DNA of 64,000 nucleotides from Solirubrobacteraceae bacterium (GTDB taxonomy: Bacteria; Actinomycetota; Thermoleophilia; Solirubrobacterales; Solirubrobacteraceae). Under the pieces are notes generated by a model. That model searched no databases. It was not told the origin of the DNA and worked only from the letters and a program-made list of their open reading frames with translations. The position numbers were made by a program, and so were the translations under genes. The stretch is taken from positions 13,134-77,133 of the forward strand of contig JBJMLA010000153.1 of assembly GCA_045805505.1 (NCBI GenBank), read 5' to 3'. Positions 8,175 through 18,029 of this stretch are shown here, piece by piece. Position 1 is the stretch's first letter, and every line of letters starts with the position of its first letter.

Positions 8175-9139
8175 TCGATCAGCGGCGAGGGATGGACCTC
8201 GGGCGCGTCGGGCGAGTCCCAGGGCGCGTGTTGCGGGCTCGTGTCGATCTGGCCGATGGCCGCGATGGCGGCCCCGATGAGGGCGGCGAGGACGAGGAGG
8301 GTGGCGAGGTAGGTGAGGGCGCGGCGCTTCGCGGCGCTGGGGGTCGGCCGCGATGGCTTCGGGGCGCGGCGTGTTTCCGCGGGCGTCGATGGGATTGGCG
8401 GCGAGGGGGTGGGGGGTGCCGGCGTTGGGTGGTCGTCCGCGGGCGTGGGTGGCACGGGAGTTGGGCGGTCAAAGGGACCGTGGTGGTCACCTTGACGGCC
8501 CACGGGTGGCGGGGCGTCCGCGGGCGTTGAGGTCTCGGGCGGCGAGGGGCTCGGGGGGTCGGGCGGCTGCGGGGCGTCCGCGGGGGCGCCGGTGTCGGCC
8601 GCCGCCGGGGTTGGGCGGTCAAAGGAACCGTCGGGGTCACTTTGCCCGCCCACGGGTGCGGGCGGGACGACGCGGAGGCGGGCGGCAGGTTCGAGGGCCG
8701 GGGGCTGGGGCGCGGGCGGGAGCGCCGGGGGCTCCGCCAGGAAGGTGGCGAGGAGGTCGGCGCGGGCGGTGGCGAGCAGGGTCTCGTGCTGCTCGCAGCG
8801 GGGGCAGCGGGCGAGGTGGATCTCGAGCCACTTGCGCTCCTGGCGAGCCAGCGGCGCGTCGAGGCGGTCGGAGAGCAGGAGCTCGGCGCGCTCGCAGCGG
8901 GCGCCGGCGGCGAGCGGCGCGGTGTCGCGGCGCAGCGCCTTGCGCGCCCGCTTGGCCGCGAAGCGCAGGGCCGTGTCGTCGAGGCCGGTCTCGACGGCGG
9001 CGGAGGCGCGGTCGGCGTCGGCGAGCTCGAGGAGGGCGAGGACGCGGCGCTCGATTGCGGGGAGGTCCGGGAGCAGGCCGAACACATGGCGCTCGGCGCG
9101 GTCGCGAAGGGCTTGGGCGGGCTGGCCGGCGGGCGGCAT
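8168..9139 (-). CDS. Membrane protein combining a sigma-70 region-4-like HTH, a zinc anti-sigma (ZAS, HxxxCxxC) motif, a Pro-rich repeat linker and one TM helix
   Basis: LPDLPAIERRVLALLEL...ALRFAAKRARKALRR is region-4 like. HLARCPRC is H-x3-C-x2-C. The Pro-rich segment holds two about 47-aa repeats. TM is LTYLATLLVLAALIGAAIAAI. Confidence 0.75.
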   Translation of the reverse strand: MPPAGQPAQALRDRAERHVFGLLPDLPAIERRVLALLELADADRASAAVETGLDDTALRFAAKRARKALRRDTAPLAAGARCERAELLLSDRLDAPLARQERKWLEIHLARCPRCEQHETLLATARADLLATFLAEPPALPPAPQPPALEPAARLRVVPPAPVGGQSDPDGSFDRPTPAAADTGAPADAPQPPDPPSPSPPETSTPADAPPPVGRQGDHHGPFDRPTPVPPTPADDHPTPAPPTPSPPIPSTPAETRRAPKPSRPTPSAAKRRALTYLATLLVLAALIGAAIAAIGQIDTSPQHAPWDSPDAPEVHPSPLIDQ

Positions 9140-9153
9140 GGCGCGCCGCGAGT

Positions 9154-9747
9154 CTACGCCGGGAGGGCGTCGAGACGCGAGAGCAGATCGGCGAGGATCC
9201 GGGCGGTCGCTCCCCAGATGAGGTCCTCGCCGACGACGTAGGTGTCGGTGCGGAACGGGACGCCCCGGCGCAGCATGCGCCGGCGGTCATAGCCCGCGCG
9301 CAGGTCGGTGATCGAGAACTCCAGGACGGCGTCGACCTCGCGGGGCGACAGGGTCCACTCGCGACCCGGGTCGATCAGCCCGACGAACGGATAGACCGCG
9401 TAGTTGGTGGCGATCGTCGGCGTGGGCTGCAGCGCGCCGACGACCTCCACGTCCTCGCCGGGCAGGCCGATCTCCTCGGTGGCCTCGCGCAGGGCGGTGG
9501 CGACGAGGTCCTCGCCGTCGTCGGCGCGGCCCCCGGGAAACGAGATCTCGCCCGCGTGACGGCGCATGTCGCCGCGCCGGCGGGTGAAGACGGCGTGCAG
9601 CTCGCCCTTGGCGCCGACGTAGAGCGGGACGAGGACGGCGGCGTCGACCTTGCCGTGGACCTCGAGCGCCGCGGCCTGGGGGGCGTCGAGCAGGACCGCC
9701 GGCAGCGCGGCGGCGAGCTCAGCTCGCGAGCGAGACGCGCTCGACAC
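9154..9747 (-). CDS. NUDIX hydrolase, CoA pyrophosphatase-like
   Basis: Nudix box GGRADDGEDLVATALREATEEIGL preceded by FPGG, as in NudL/YeaB-type enzymes. GTG start overlaps the OsmC 3' end by 29 nt. Confidence 0.75.
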   Translation of the reverse strand: MSSASRSRAELAAALPAVLLDAPQAAALEVHGKVDAAVLVPLYVGAKGELHAVFTRRRGDMRRHAGEISFPGGRADDGEDLVATALREATEEIGLPGEDVEVVGALQPTPTIATNYAVYPFVGLIDPGREWTLSPREVDAVLEFSITDLRAGYDRRRMLRRGVPFRTDTYVVGEDLIWGATARILADLLSRLDALPA

Positions 9748-10123
9748 TCTCGTCGAACATGACCTCGCCGTCGAGCGTGCGGTGCACGGGGCACTTCGCG
9801 GCGATCACGCGCAGGCGCTCGACCGTCTCGTCGGAGAGGTTGTCGGGGAAGCGCATGACGAGGTGAAAGCGCGTGGGGCAGCCGCGCTCGGCCGGCGTGT
9901 AGTCGCACGACACCTCGACGCCGCCGACCTCCCAGCCCTTGCGCTGGGCGTACATCTCCATCGTGATCGCGGTGCAGGTGGCGAGGCTGGCGGCGAGCAG
10001 CTCCTGCGGGCTCGGCCCGGTGTCCTCGCCGCCCTGGTCGGTCGGCTCGTCGACCGTCAGGCTGTGCTCGCGGATCTTGACGGTCTGGCGGAACGTTCCG
10101 GAGCGGGTGGTGGTGGCCTTCAT
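9719..10123 (-). CDS. OsmC/Ohr-family peroxiredoxin-like protein
   Basis: 134 aa. PSPQELLAASLATCTAIT and AAKCPVHRTL carry the two conserved Cys of OsmC. Confidence 0.85.
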   Translation of the reverse strand: MKATTTRSGTFRQTVKIREHSLTVDEPTDQGGEDTGPSPQELLAASLATCTAITMEMYAQRKGWEVGGVEVSCDYTPAERGCPTRFHLVMRFPDNLSDETVERLRVIAAKCPVHRTLDGEVMFDESVERVSLAS

Positions 10124-10133
10124 CGCGCCTCGA

Positions 10134-11390
10134 TCAGATCAGTGGGTTGAACAGCAGGCCCGTGGGGACCTTCGGGAAGAAGTACGTCGACTTGGGAGGC
10201 ATGTTGACACCGGTCGCGGCGATCTCCTGCACCTGGCGCACCGGGTTGGGCCGCAGGAAGAACGCCAGATCGACCTCGCCGGCGGTGACCAGACCGACCG
10301 CCTCGTCGTCGGTGCGTGAGTAGGTCAGGCCGTGCTGATGGTCGATGTCGTCGTCGGTCAGCTCGAGCGGGCCCTTCAGCAGCAGCGCCTCGAGCACCGC
10401 TGTGTCGAGCCGCCGGTAGGGCTCGGGGAACTCGCCCAGGACCTCGTCGGCGATGGCCTGGTCCTTGAGCGTCAGCCGGTAGGGCTCCTTGAGATGCGCG
10501 TCGAGATAGCCGAGCTCGAGCGGGCCGTCGCCCTGCGCCGGTGGCAGCGCGTCGACCGAGTCGAGCGCCGCGATGTCGAAGTGCTCGCGCAGCGAGGCGG
10601 CGAGCGCCTCCTGCGTGGCGGGCGTCGTGCCGGAGACCAGGCGGTGGGTGGGGAAGACCGTCAGGCCCTCGTCCTCCATCGCGACGAGGTTCATCAGCAC
10701 GTAGCGGTGCTCGCCCTCGCCACCGATCTCGTCGGCGTAGACCCGGGCGGTCTCGTAGCGGTGATGGCCGTCGGCGATCAGCAGCTCGGCCTCGCGGGTG
10801 GCCGCCTGGACCGCGGCGATCGCGTCGGGGTCCTCGATCCGCCACAGGCGGTTGTGGGTGCCGTCCTCGTCGGTCGCCTCGCCCCACGGGTCCTCGCGGG
10901 TGAACGGCTCGAGCGCGCTCCAGGCCCGCGCCTGCGGGTCGCTGAACAGGCTGAAGATCGGGCTCATGTTCGCCCGCGTCGCCCGCGTGAGGTTGAGCCG
11001 GTCCTCCTTCGGGCCGGGGTGCGTGCGCTCGTGCGGGCGGATCCGGCCGGGGCCGTAGTCCTCGACGCGGACGCGCGCGAAGAACCCGCGACGCGTCTTC
11101 GCGGCGCCGTCCGGGCCCGTGTAGTCCTGGGTCAGCGCCCACAGCGCGGGCGTCTCGTCGCGGACGATCGCGCCCTCGGCCTGCCAGCGCTGCATCAGCT
11201 CGCCCGCGGTCGCGTACGGGTCGTCGCCGGACGGCAGGTCGACCTGGACGACGTTGTGCGGCGAGCGGCCCGCGAGCTGCTCGCGCTGGGCCGGGTCGAT
11301 GACGTCGTAGGGCGGCGCGACGAGATCCTGCAGCGGCCCGGCGACCGTCTGGTCGTAGTGCAGGGCGCGTAGGGGCTGGACGTCGGCCAT
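10134..11390 (-). CDS. DUF1015-family protein
   Basis: 418 aa. N-terminus MADVQPLRALHYD...LVAPPYDVID and the internal ADGHHRYETA match the DUF1015 signature as I recall it. Confidence 0.8.
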   Translation of the reverse strand: MADVQPLRALHYDQTVAGPLQDLVAPPYDVIDPAQREQLAGRSPHNVVQVDLPSGDDPYATAGELMQRWQAEGAIVRDETPALWALTQDYTGPDGAAKTRRGFFARVRVEDYGPGRIRPHERTHPGPKEDRLNLTRATRANMSPIFSLFSDPQARAWSALEPFTREDPWGEATDEDGTHNRLWRIEDPDAIAAVQAATREAELLIADGHHRYETARVYADEIGGEGEHRYVLMNLVAMEDEGLTVFPTHRLVSGTTPATQEALAASLREHFDIAALDSVDALPPAQGDGPLELGYLDAHLKEPYRLTLKDQAIADEVLGEFPEPYRRLDTAVLEALLLKGPLELTDDDIDHQHGLTYSRTDDEAVGLVTAGEVDLAFFLRPNPVRQVQEIAATGVNMPPKSTYFFPKVPTGLLFNPLI

Positions 11391-11423
11391 CGCGGATTGA
11401 CGCTATCAGCGCCCCGCCGGCGC

Positions 11424-12035
11424 TCAGCTGTGGGCGCCGAACTCGTTGACGTAGGTCGCGCCGAGCCCGTCACCGGCGACCGGGTTGCCGAGCGCCAGGC
11501 CGACGCCGACGTCACGGAAGCTGCCGTTGAGGATGTTGGCCCGGTGGCCGGGCGAGTGCATCCACGCGCGCACGATGCGCTTCGGGGTGGCGAGGATGCC
11601 CGTGCCCCAGGCGAGGTTCTCGCCGAGGCTGTAGCCGTCGCCCGGATCCAGATAGGCCGACGCCAGGATCCGCTGCACGAACGTCGAGCCGCTGGGAGAG
11701 ACGTGGTCGAAGAACGAGCCGGCGACCATGGTCTTCGCGTACTTGGTCGCGACGTGCTGCAGCGGGCGGTTGGCGTGCAGCTTGGAGAGGTCGTGCCTGG
11801 CGCGCTCGACGTTGAGCAGGCACAGGGTGGCGCGGCGGACGACGGCGACGTTGTCGCTCGCGGGCACCACGTCCTGGTTCTCGCACTTGGGCTTTGGCGC
11901 CGGGCAGGTGACGCCGGCGACGCACGGGACCTGCGCCCTCCACACGGCCGCACCGGCGGGCGCGGCGGGGGCGGCGATGACAGTCGTGATGGCCGCGGCG
12001 AACAGCGCGCGGCGAAAGCTTCGAGACGGCGGCAT
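11424..12035 (-). CDS. Secreted CAP/SCP (PR-1-like, YkwD-type) domain protein
   Basis: Signal peptide, then VRRATLCLLNVERARHDL...MHSPGHRANIL...YVNEFG, typical of bacterial CAP domains. Confidence 0.8.
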   Translation of the reverse strand: MPPSRSFRRALFAAAITTVIAAPAAPAGAAVWRAQVPCVAGVTCPAPKPKCENQDVVPASDNVAVVRRATLCLLNVERARHDLSKLHANRPLQHVATKYAKTMVAGSFFDHVSPSGSTFVQRILASAYLDPGDGYSLGENLAWGTGILATPKRIVRAWMHSPGHRANILNGSFRDVGVGLALGNPVAGDGLGATYVNEFGAHS

Positions 12036-12133
12036 CCTGCCTGCTCCTCAGTTGTTTCCGTACGAAGGAGCACCCCTGCTCCCACAGGGACTATCGGCGC
12101 GCGGCGCCGGTCACTTGAGGAGCTTTGGGCAAG

Positions 12134-12207
12134 TCGGGGCGGCGGGACTCGAACCCGCGACCTCGTCGTCCCAAACGACGCGCGCTACCAGGCTGCGCTA
12201 CGCCCCG
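12134..12207 (-). tRNA. tRNA-Pro (anticodon UGG)
   Basis: Hand-folded 74-nt cloverleaf: CGGGGCG-TA-GCGC-AGCCTGGTA-GCGC-G-CGTCG-TTTGGGA-CGACG-AGGTC-GCGGG-TTCGAGT-CCCGC-CGCCCCG-A. CCA is not encoded. Confidence 0.9.
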
Positions 12208-12276
12208 ATTCGGTCAATCCTAAGGCGATCGCACATCAGGGGTCTGATCGCTTGGTGGGTGGGTACGCAGGTCGCG

Positions 12277-13053
12277 ATGCGCCGCGCGCTCGTGCTCGTC
12301 CTGCTGACCACGCTGACCCCCGCGGCTGCCGCGGACGCGGCGGGGTGGTCGGGGGCGGTGCGGCGGGCGGAGCGCTACGCGATGCACCGGGCGGGGAGCG
12401 TGTCGTTCGCGGTGATCGACGAGCGGGGGCGCAAGCGGGGCTACCGGCAGTTCGCGGGCTGGTATAGCGCGAGCCTGCTCAAGCCGGTGATCCTCGGGAC
12501 CTACCTCACCCGGCGTTCGATCCGCGACCGGCCGCTGACGCGTGACGAGCGGCGGTTGATGGAGCCGATGATCCGCGCGTCCGCCGACGATCCGGCCAGC
12601 GCGCTGTTCGTCCGGCTGACCCCGGGGAGGATCCAGCGCTTTGGGCGCCGCCACGGCCTGCGCAGCATCCGCGTCGCCGCGCCCATCTGGGGCTCGACCA
12701 TCATCACCGCCGCGGGCTATGCGCGCTTCATCCGCCGGCTGCCCGACGACATCCCGCCGCGCCACCGGCGCTTCGCCCAGCGCCTGCTGCGGTCGATCGT
12801 CCCGTCACAGCGCTGGGGCATCGCGCGCGTCAGGCCGAGCGGCTGGACCCTGCTGTTCAAGGGCGGCTGGCGGGCGGGTCGCGGCTACGGCCGGATCGTC
12901 AACCAGGCGGCGCGGCTCGAGTGCCACGGGACGATCGTCTCGCTGGCCGTCCTCACCGACCGCGACCCGTCCCACGGGTACGGGACGCAGACCGTCGAAG
13001 GAGTGGCGCGGCGGCTCCTGCGCCCACTCCGCCCGTGCGGGGCGCCACAATGA
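12277..13053 (+). CDS. Secreted class-A beta-lactamase-like serine hydrolase
   Basis: Signal peptide MRRALVLVLLTTLTPAAAADA and an SxxK motif (SLLK). Only the last 258 codons of track ORF 11728..13053 look protein-like. It lies between the two tRNA genes. Confidence 0.65.
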   Translation: MRRALVLVLLTTLTPAAAADAAGWSGAVRRAERYAMHRAGSVSFAVIDERGRKRGYRQFAGWYSASLLKPVILGTYLTRRSIRDRPLTRDERRLMEPMIRASADDPASALFVRLTPGRIQRFGRRHGLRSIRVAAPIWGSTIITAAGYARFIRRLPDDIPPRHRRFAQRLLRSIVPSQRWGIARVRPSGWTLLFKGGWRAGRGYGRIVNQAARLECHGTIVSLAVLTDRDPSHGYGTQTVEGVARRLLRPLRPCGAPQ

Positions 13054-13061
13054 GTCCGCTC

Positions 13062-14739
<1,678 letters not shown>

Positions 14740-14764
14740 ACGTGATCGTGTACATTTGTACGTG

Positions 14765-15439
14765 ATGACGAACACGATCGAGGTCTTCGAGCGACACGCC
14801 GGCCAGTACGAGGCCCAGCGCCGGCGGCTCATCCCGCCCTACGACGCCTTCTACGGCACGGCTCTCGACGCGCTCGGCCTGGCCGCCGCGCCGCCGCGGC
14901 GCGTCCTTGACCTCGGCGCCGGCACCGGCCTGCTGGCCCGCATGGTCCTGGCGCGCCACCCCGAGGCCCGCGTCACGCTGCTCGACGGCGCGCCCGCGAT
15001 GCTCGACGAGGCGCGCGCGACGATCGGCGAGGACGCCGGCTACGTCGTGGCCGATCTGGTCGACGAGCTCCCGGCGGGCGAGTGGGACGCGGTGGTCAGC
15101 GCCCTGGCGATCCACCACCTCGCCGACGACGCGAAGGCCGACCTCTACGCCCGGATCCACGCGGCGCTGGTCCCCGGCGGCGTCTTCGTCAACGCCGAGC
15201 AGGTCGCCGCGCCCACCGCGCGCCTCGAGGCCGCCAACGCCGCGTGGCACGCGCGCCGCGCCGCCGAGGCCGGGTCCGGGGAGCAGGAGTGGGCGGGGGC
15301 CGTCGAGCGCATGCGCCAGGACCGCACGGCAACCGTCGAGCAGCAGCTCGGATGGCTGCGCGACGCGGGCTTCGCCGACGCCGACTGCCTGTTCAAGGAC
15401 CACTGCTTCGCGGTGCTCGCCGCGCGGCGGGCCGGCTAG
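14765..15439 (+). CDS. Class I SAM-dependent methyltransferase
   Basis: Motif I VLDLGAGTGLL and post-I LLDGAPAML. ATG 14765 is preferred over TTG 14756. Confidence 0.85.
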   Translation: MTNTIEVFERHAGQYEAQRRRLIPPYDAFYGTALDALGLAAAPPRRVLDLGAGTGLLARMVLARHPEARVTLLDGAPAMLDEARATIGEDAGYVVADLVDELPAGEWDAVVSALAIHHLADDAKADLYARIHAALVPGGVFVNAEQVAAPTARLEAANAAWHARRAAEAGSGEQEWAGAVERMRQDRTATVEQQLGWLRDAGFADADCLFKDHCFAVLAARRAG

Positions 15440-16633
15440 ATGGACGGCGTCTCGGCGCGGCTGGCGGGCGTCGAGGGCTCGGCGGTCCGCGAGATCCTCA
15501 AGCTCACCGAGCGCCCCGAGGTGCTGTCGATGGCCGGCGGCCTCCCGGCTCCCGAGCTGTTCGATGCCGAGCGGCTGGCCGCGGCGTTCGCGGCGGTGCT
15601 CGCCGAGCCGGGCCTTCGCGGCGCGCTGCAGTACTCGGTGACCGAGGGCGACCCCGGCCTGCGCGCGCAGCTCGCCGCGCTGTGCCAGGCGCGCGGCCTC
15701 GACACGCAGGCCGACCAGGTCCTCGTCACCACCGGCTCCCAGCAGGCCCTGGACCTCGCCGTCACCGGTCTCACCGACCCCGGCGACGTCGTCATCGTCG
15801 AGCGGCCCTGCTACCTGGCCGCCGTGCAGCTCTTCCGGCTCTCGGGCCTGCGCATCGTCAGCGCGAAGACCGACGCCGACGGGCTCGATCCCGACGCGGT
15901 CCGCGCCGCCGTCCGCGAGCACGGCGCGAAGCTGATCTACACGGTCCCGGCGTTTCAGAACCCGACGGGCGTGACGCTGACCGCCGAGCGGCGAGCGGCG
16001 CTGGCACGCATCGCGGAGGAGGAGGGCTGCTGGATCGTCGAGGACGATCCCTACGGCGAGCTGCGCTACCGCGGCACCGCGTCGGCGCCGATCGCCGCGA
16101 TGGGCGGCGAGCGAGTGGCCTACGTCTCGAGCCTCTCGAAGGTCGTCGCGCCCGGGCTGCGCGTCGGCTGGCTCGTCGCGCCGCCGGCGTTGCGCGCGGC
16201 GCTCGTCGTCGCCAAGCAGGCGCGCGACCTGCACACCTCCACCGTCGATCAGCGAGCGGCCGCCCACTACCTCGCCTCGGGCCGGCTGCCCGCGCACCTC
16301 GACGGCGTGCGGCGCGAGTACGGCGCACGGCTCGACGCCCTCCTCGACGTGCTGCCCGCCGCGCTACCCGATGGCTCGCGGTGGACCACGCCCGAGGGCG
16401 GGATGTTCGTGTGGGTGACGCTCCCTGAGCATCTCGACGCCGGCGCGCTGCTGGCCGACGCCGTCGCCGAGGGCGTCGCCTACGTGCCGGGCGCGCCGTT
16501 CTACGCCGACGCGCCCGCGGCCAACACGCTGCGGCTGTCGTTCGTCACCCTCCGCGAGGAGGAGATCCGCGAGGGCATGGCCCGGCTCGCCCGCGTGCTG
16601 CGGATCGAGCCGGGTGTGCCCGTGCGGGGCTAG
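15440..16633 (+). CDS. PLP-dependent aminotransferase (class I/II, 2-aminoadipate/aromatic aminotransferase-like)
   Basis: 397 aa. FQNPTG and the PLP-lysine motif SLSKVVAPGLRVGW. Starts immediately after the methyltransferase stop. Confidence 0.9.
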   Translation: MDGVSARLAGVEGSAVREILKLTERPEVLSMAGGLPAPELFDAERLAAAFAAVLAEPGLRGALQYSVTEGDPGLRAQLAALCQARGLDTQADQVLVTTGSQQALDLAVTGLTDPGDVVIVERPCYLAAVQLFRLSGLRIVSAKTDADGLDPDAVRAAVREHGAKLIYTVPAFQNPTGVTLTAERRAALARIAEEEGCWIVEDDPYGELRYRGTASAPIAAMGGERVAYVSSLSKVVAPGLRVGWLVAPPALRAALVVAKQARDLHTSTVDQRAAAHYLASGRLPAHLDGVRREYGARLDALLDVLPAALPDGSRWTTPEGGMFVWVTLPEHLDAGALLADAVAEGVAYVPGAPFYADAPAANTLRLSFVTLREEEIREGMARLARVLRIEPGVPVRG

Positions 16634-17604
16634 GAGACGACGACCGACTTGCGGCTGCTCGAGCCGGCGATGTGGTCGCCGTCAGCCGGAGCGACGCGGA
16701 CCCGGTAGGTGCCGCTCTTGGTGATCCGCACGCGCTTGGCGTACTTCGAGCGCGGGGTGGCCCCGACCGGTGTGGCGGTCACCAGCGTCGTCGACGCGAC
16801 GGTCCGCCAGGCGCCCGACGCGGTCCGCCGCTGGATGCGGGCGACCGCACCATCGTGGGCGGGGAGCACGGTGCCGGAGAACAGCACACGCTGTCCGCGG
16901 GTCGGCGTCGTGTCACCGAGGCTGAGGGTCACCTTGACCCGGACCCGGACGGTGACCGCCGGGCTGGTGACCGTGGCCTTCTTGTCTCCCGACGTCACCC
17001 GGTACTGGGTGGTCTGCGCGGGCGAGACGACGATCGAGTACTTGCCCGTCGCGTCGGTCACGGCCGTCAGGCCGGTCGACTTGAAGCTGCCCGACGTGGG
17101 GGTCGTGCTGCCCTCGAGCGTCACGGTGACGCCGGCCGTCGTCGAGCCGGTGAGCGTGCCCGAGATGGTGGTCGGGCGGCCGAAGGTGACCGTGCGGTTG
17201 CTGGTGGCGATGCTCAGTGCCGGCGCCGGGGCTCCCGGGGCGGGCGTGGTGAACGTGGCGTCGGCGCCGGGGACGGTGCCGTCGGCGTTGACCGCCACGA
17301 CGCGGTAGTGGTAGGCCGTCGACGGCGCGAGCGCGGTGACGTCCGCCGACACCGACTTGTTCGCGTTGCCCTGGATGGGGCCCTGCGTCGCGGTCTTGGT
17401 GCCGTACGTCGTGCTCGTCCCGTACTCGAAGTAGTAGGTGGTGTCGGTGTTGTTGGGAGACACCGTGCCGTTGAGCGTCGCCGTGGTGGCGGTGACGGCG
17501 GTGGCGGCCGTCGTGGTCGCTGCGGGCGCTGCGGCGAGGGCGAGGCCGGCGCTGGCGCCGAGCACGGCACACGCCGACAGCGTGAGCCTGGTGAGAGTCT
17601 TCAT
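16630..17604 (-). CDS. Secreted Thr-rich protein with an Fn3-like domain and Ig-like C-terminal modules
   Basis: Signal peptide MKTLTRLTLSACAVLGASAGLALA. Also TLNGTVSPNNTDTTYYFEYGTSTTYG...YHYRVVAVNADG, which is Fn3-like. Confidence 0.8.
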   Translation of the reverse strand: MKTLTRLTLSACAVLGASAGLALAAAPAATTTAATAVTATTATLNGTVSPNNTDTTYYFEYGTSTTYGTKTATQGPIQGNANKSVSADVTALAPSTAYHYRVVAVNADGTVPGADATFTTPAPGAPAPALSIATSNRTVTFGRPTTISGTLTGSTTAGVTVTLEGSTTPTSGSFKSTGLTAVTDATGKYSIVVSPAQTTQYRVTSGDKKATVTSPAVTVRVRVKVTLSLGDTTPTRGQRVLFSGTVLPAHDGAVARIQRRTASGAWRTVASTTLVTATPVGATPRSKYAKRVRITKSGTYRVRVAPADGDHIAGSSSRKSVVVS

Positions 17605-17778
17605 CTGAGAGCCTTTGTCCGGGGAAACTGCTGGTAATGAGGCAGACGTGCCGCTGGCGCCAGGGTTGGCCGGTTGGCACCGCGGCCGGCCATGGTCCTG
17701 CCGCCGCAGCGCAGCGCGCTCGTGGTCGCGACCGCCCGCCAGCTCAAGTTCCGGCCGTCAGACGCCGACTGCTTGGAC

Positions 17779-17943
17779 ATGCGGCAATTCGCCAGCTCCG
17801 CGTTCGACGCGCTCATCGCGGTCACGATCGTCGTGGGTATCCCTGCCTCGGCGATCCAGGCCACGCCCGTCGTGCTGGCGGTCACGGGTACGGCGATCCT
17901 GCTGGCCTGCTGGCGGTTCTCGGTCGAGCGCCGCGCCGGATAG
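17779..17943 (+). CDS. Possible 54-aa two-TM membrane peptide
   Basis: The ATG-started part of track ORF 17674..17943 has mostly G/C-ending codons and two hydrophobic stretches. No family was recognised. A competing minus-strand ORF looks less protein-like. Confidence 0.3.
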   Translation: MRQFASSAFDALIAVTIVVGIPASAIQATPVVLAVTGTAILLACWRFSVERRAG

Positions 17944-18029
17944 ACGTCCATTGCCTGTTGCCGTGCCTGCGTTCAGCCCTTAGGCTCCGCGCTCGCGAGC
18001 GGGGGCTCGCCTGACCAGGGGGTAGGGCG

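Noticed and set aside
17601-17951. 116-aa minus-strand ORF in the gap between the Fn3 protein and the PKD protein.
   Set aside because: Its composition is not protein-like (many R/S/T/A) and it has no hydrophobic core or motif. The opposite-strand 54-aa two-TM ORF fits the codon bias slightly better, and even that is reported only at low confidence.
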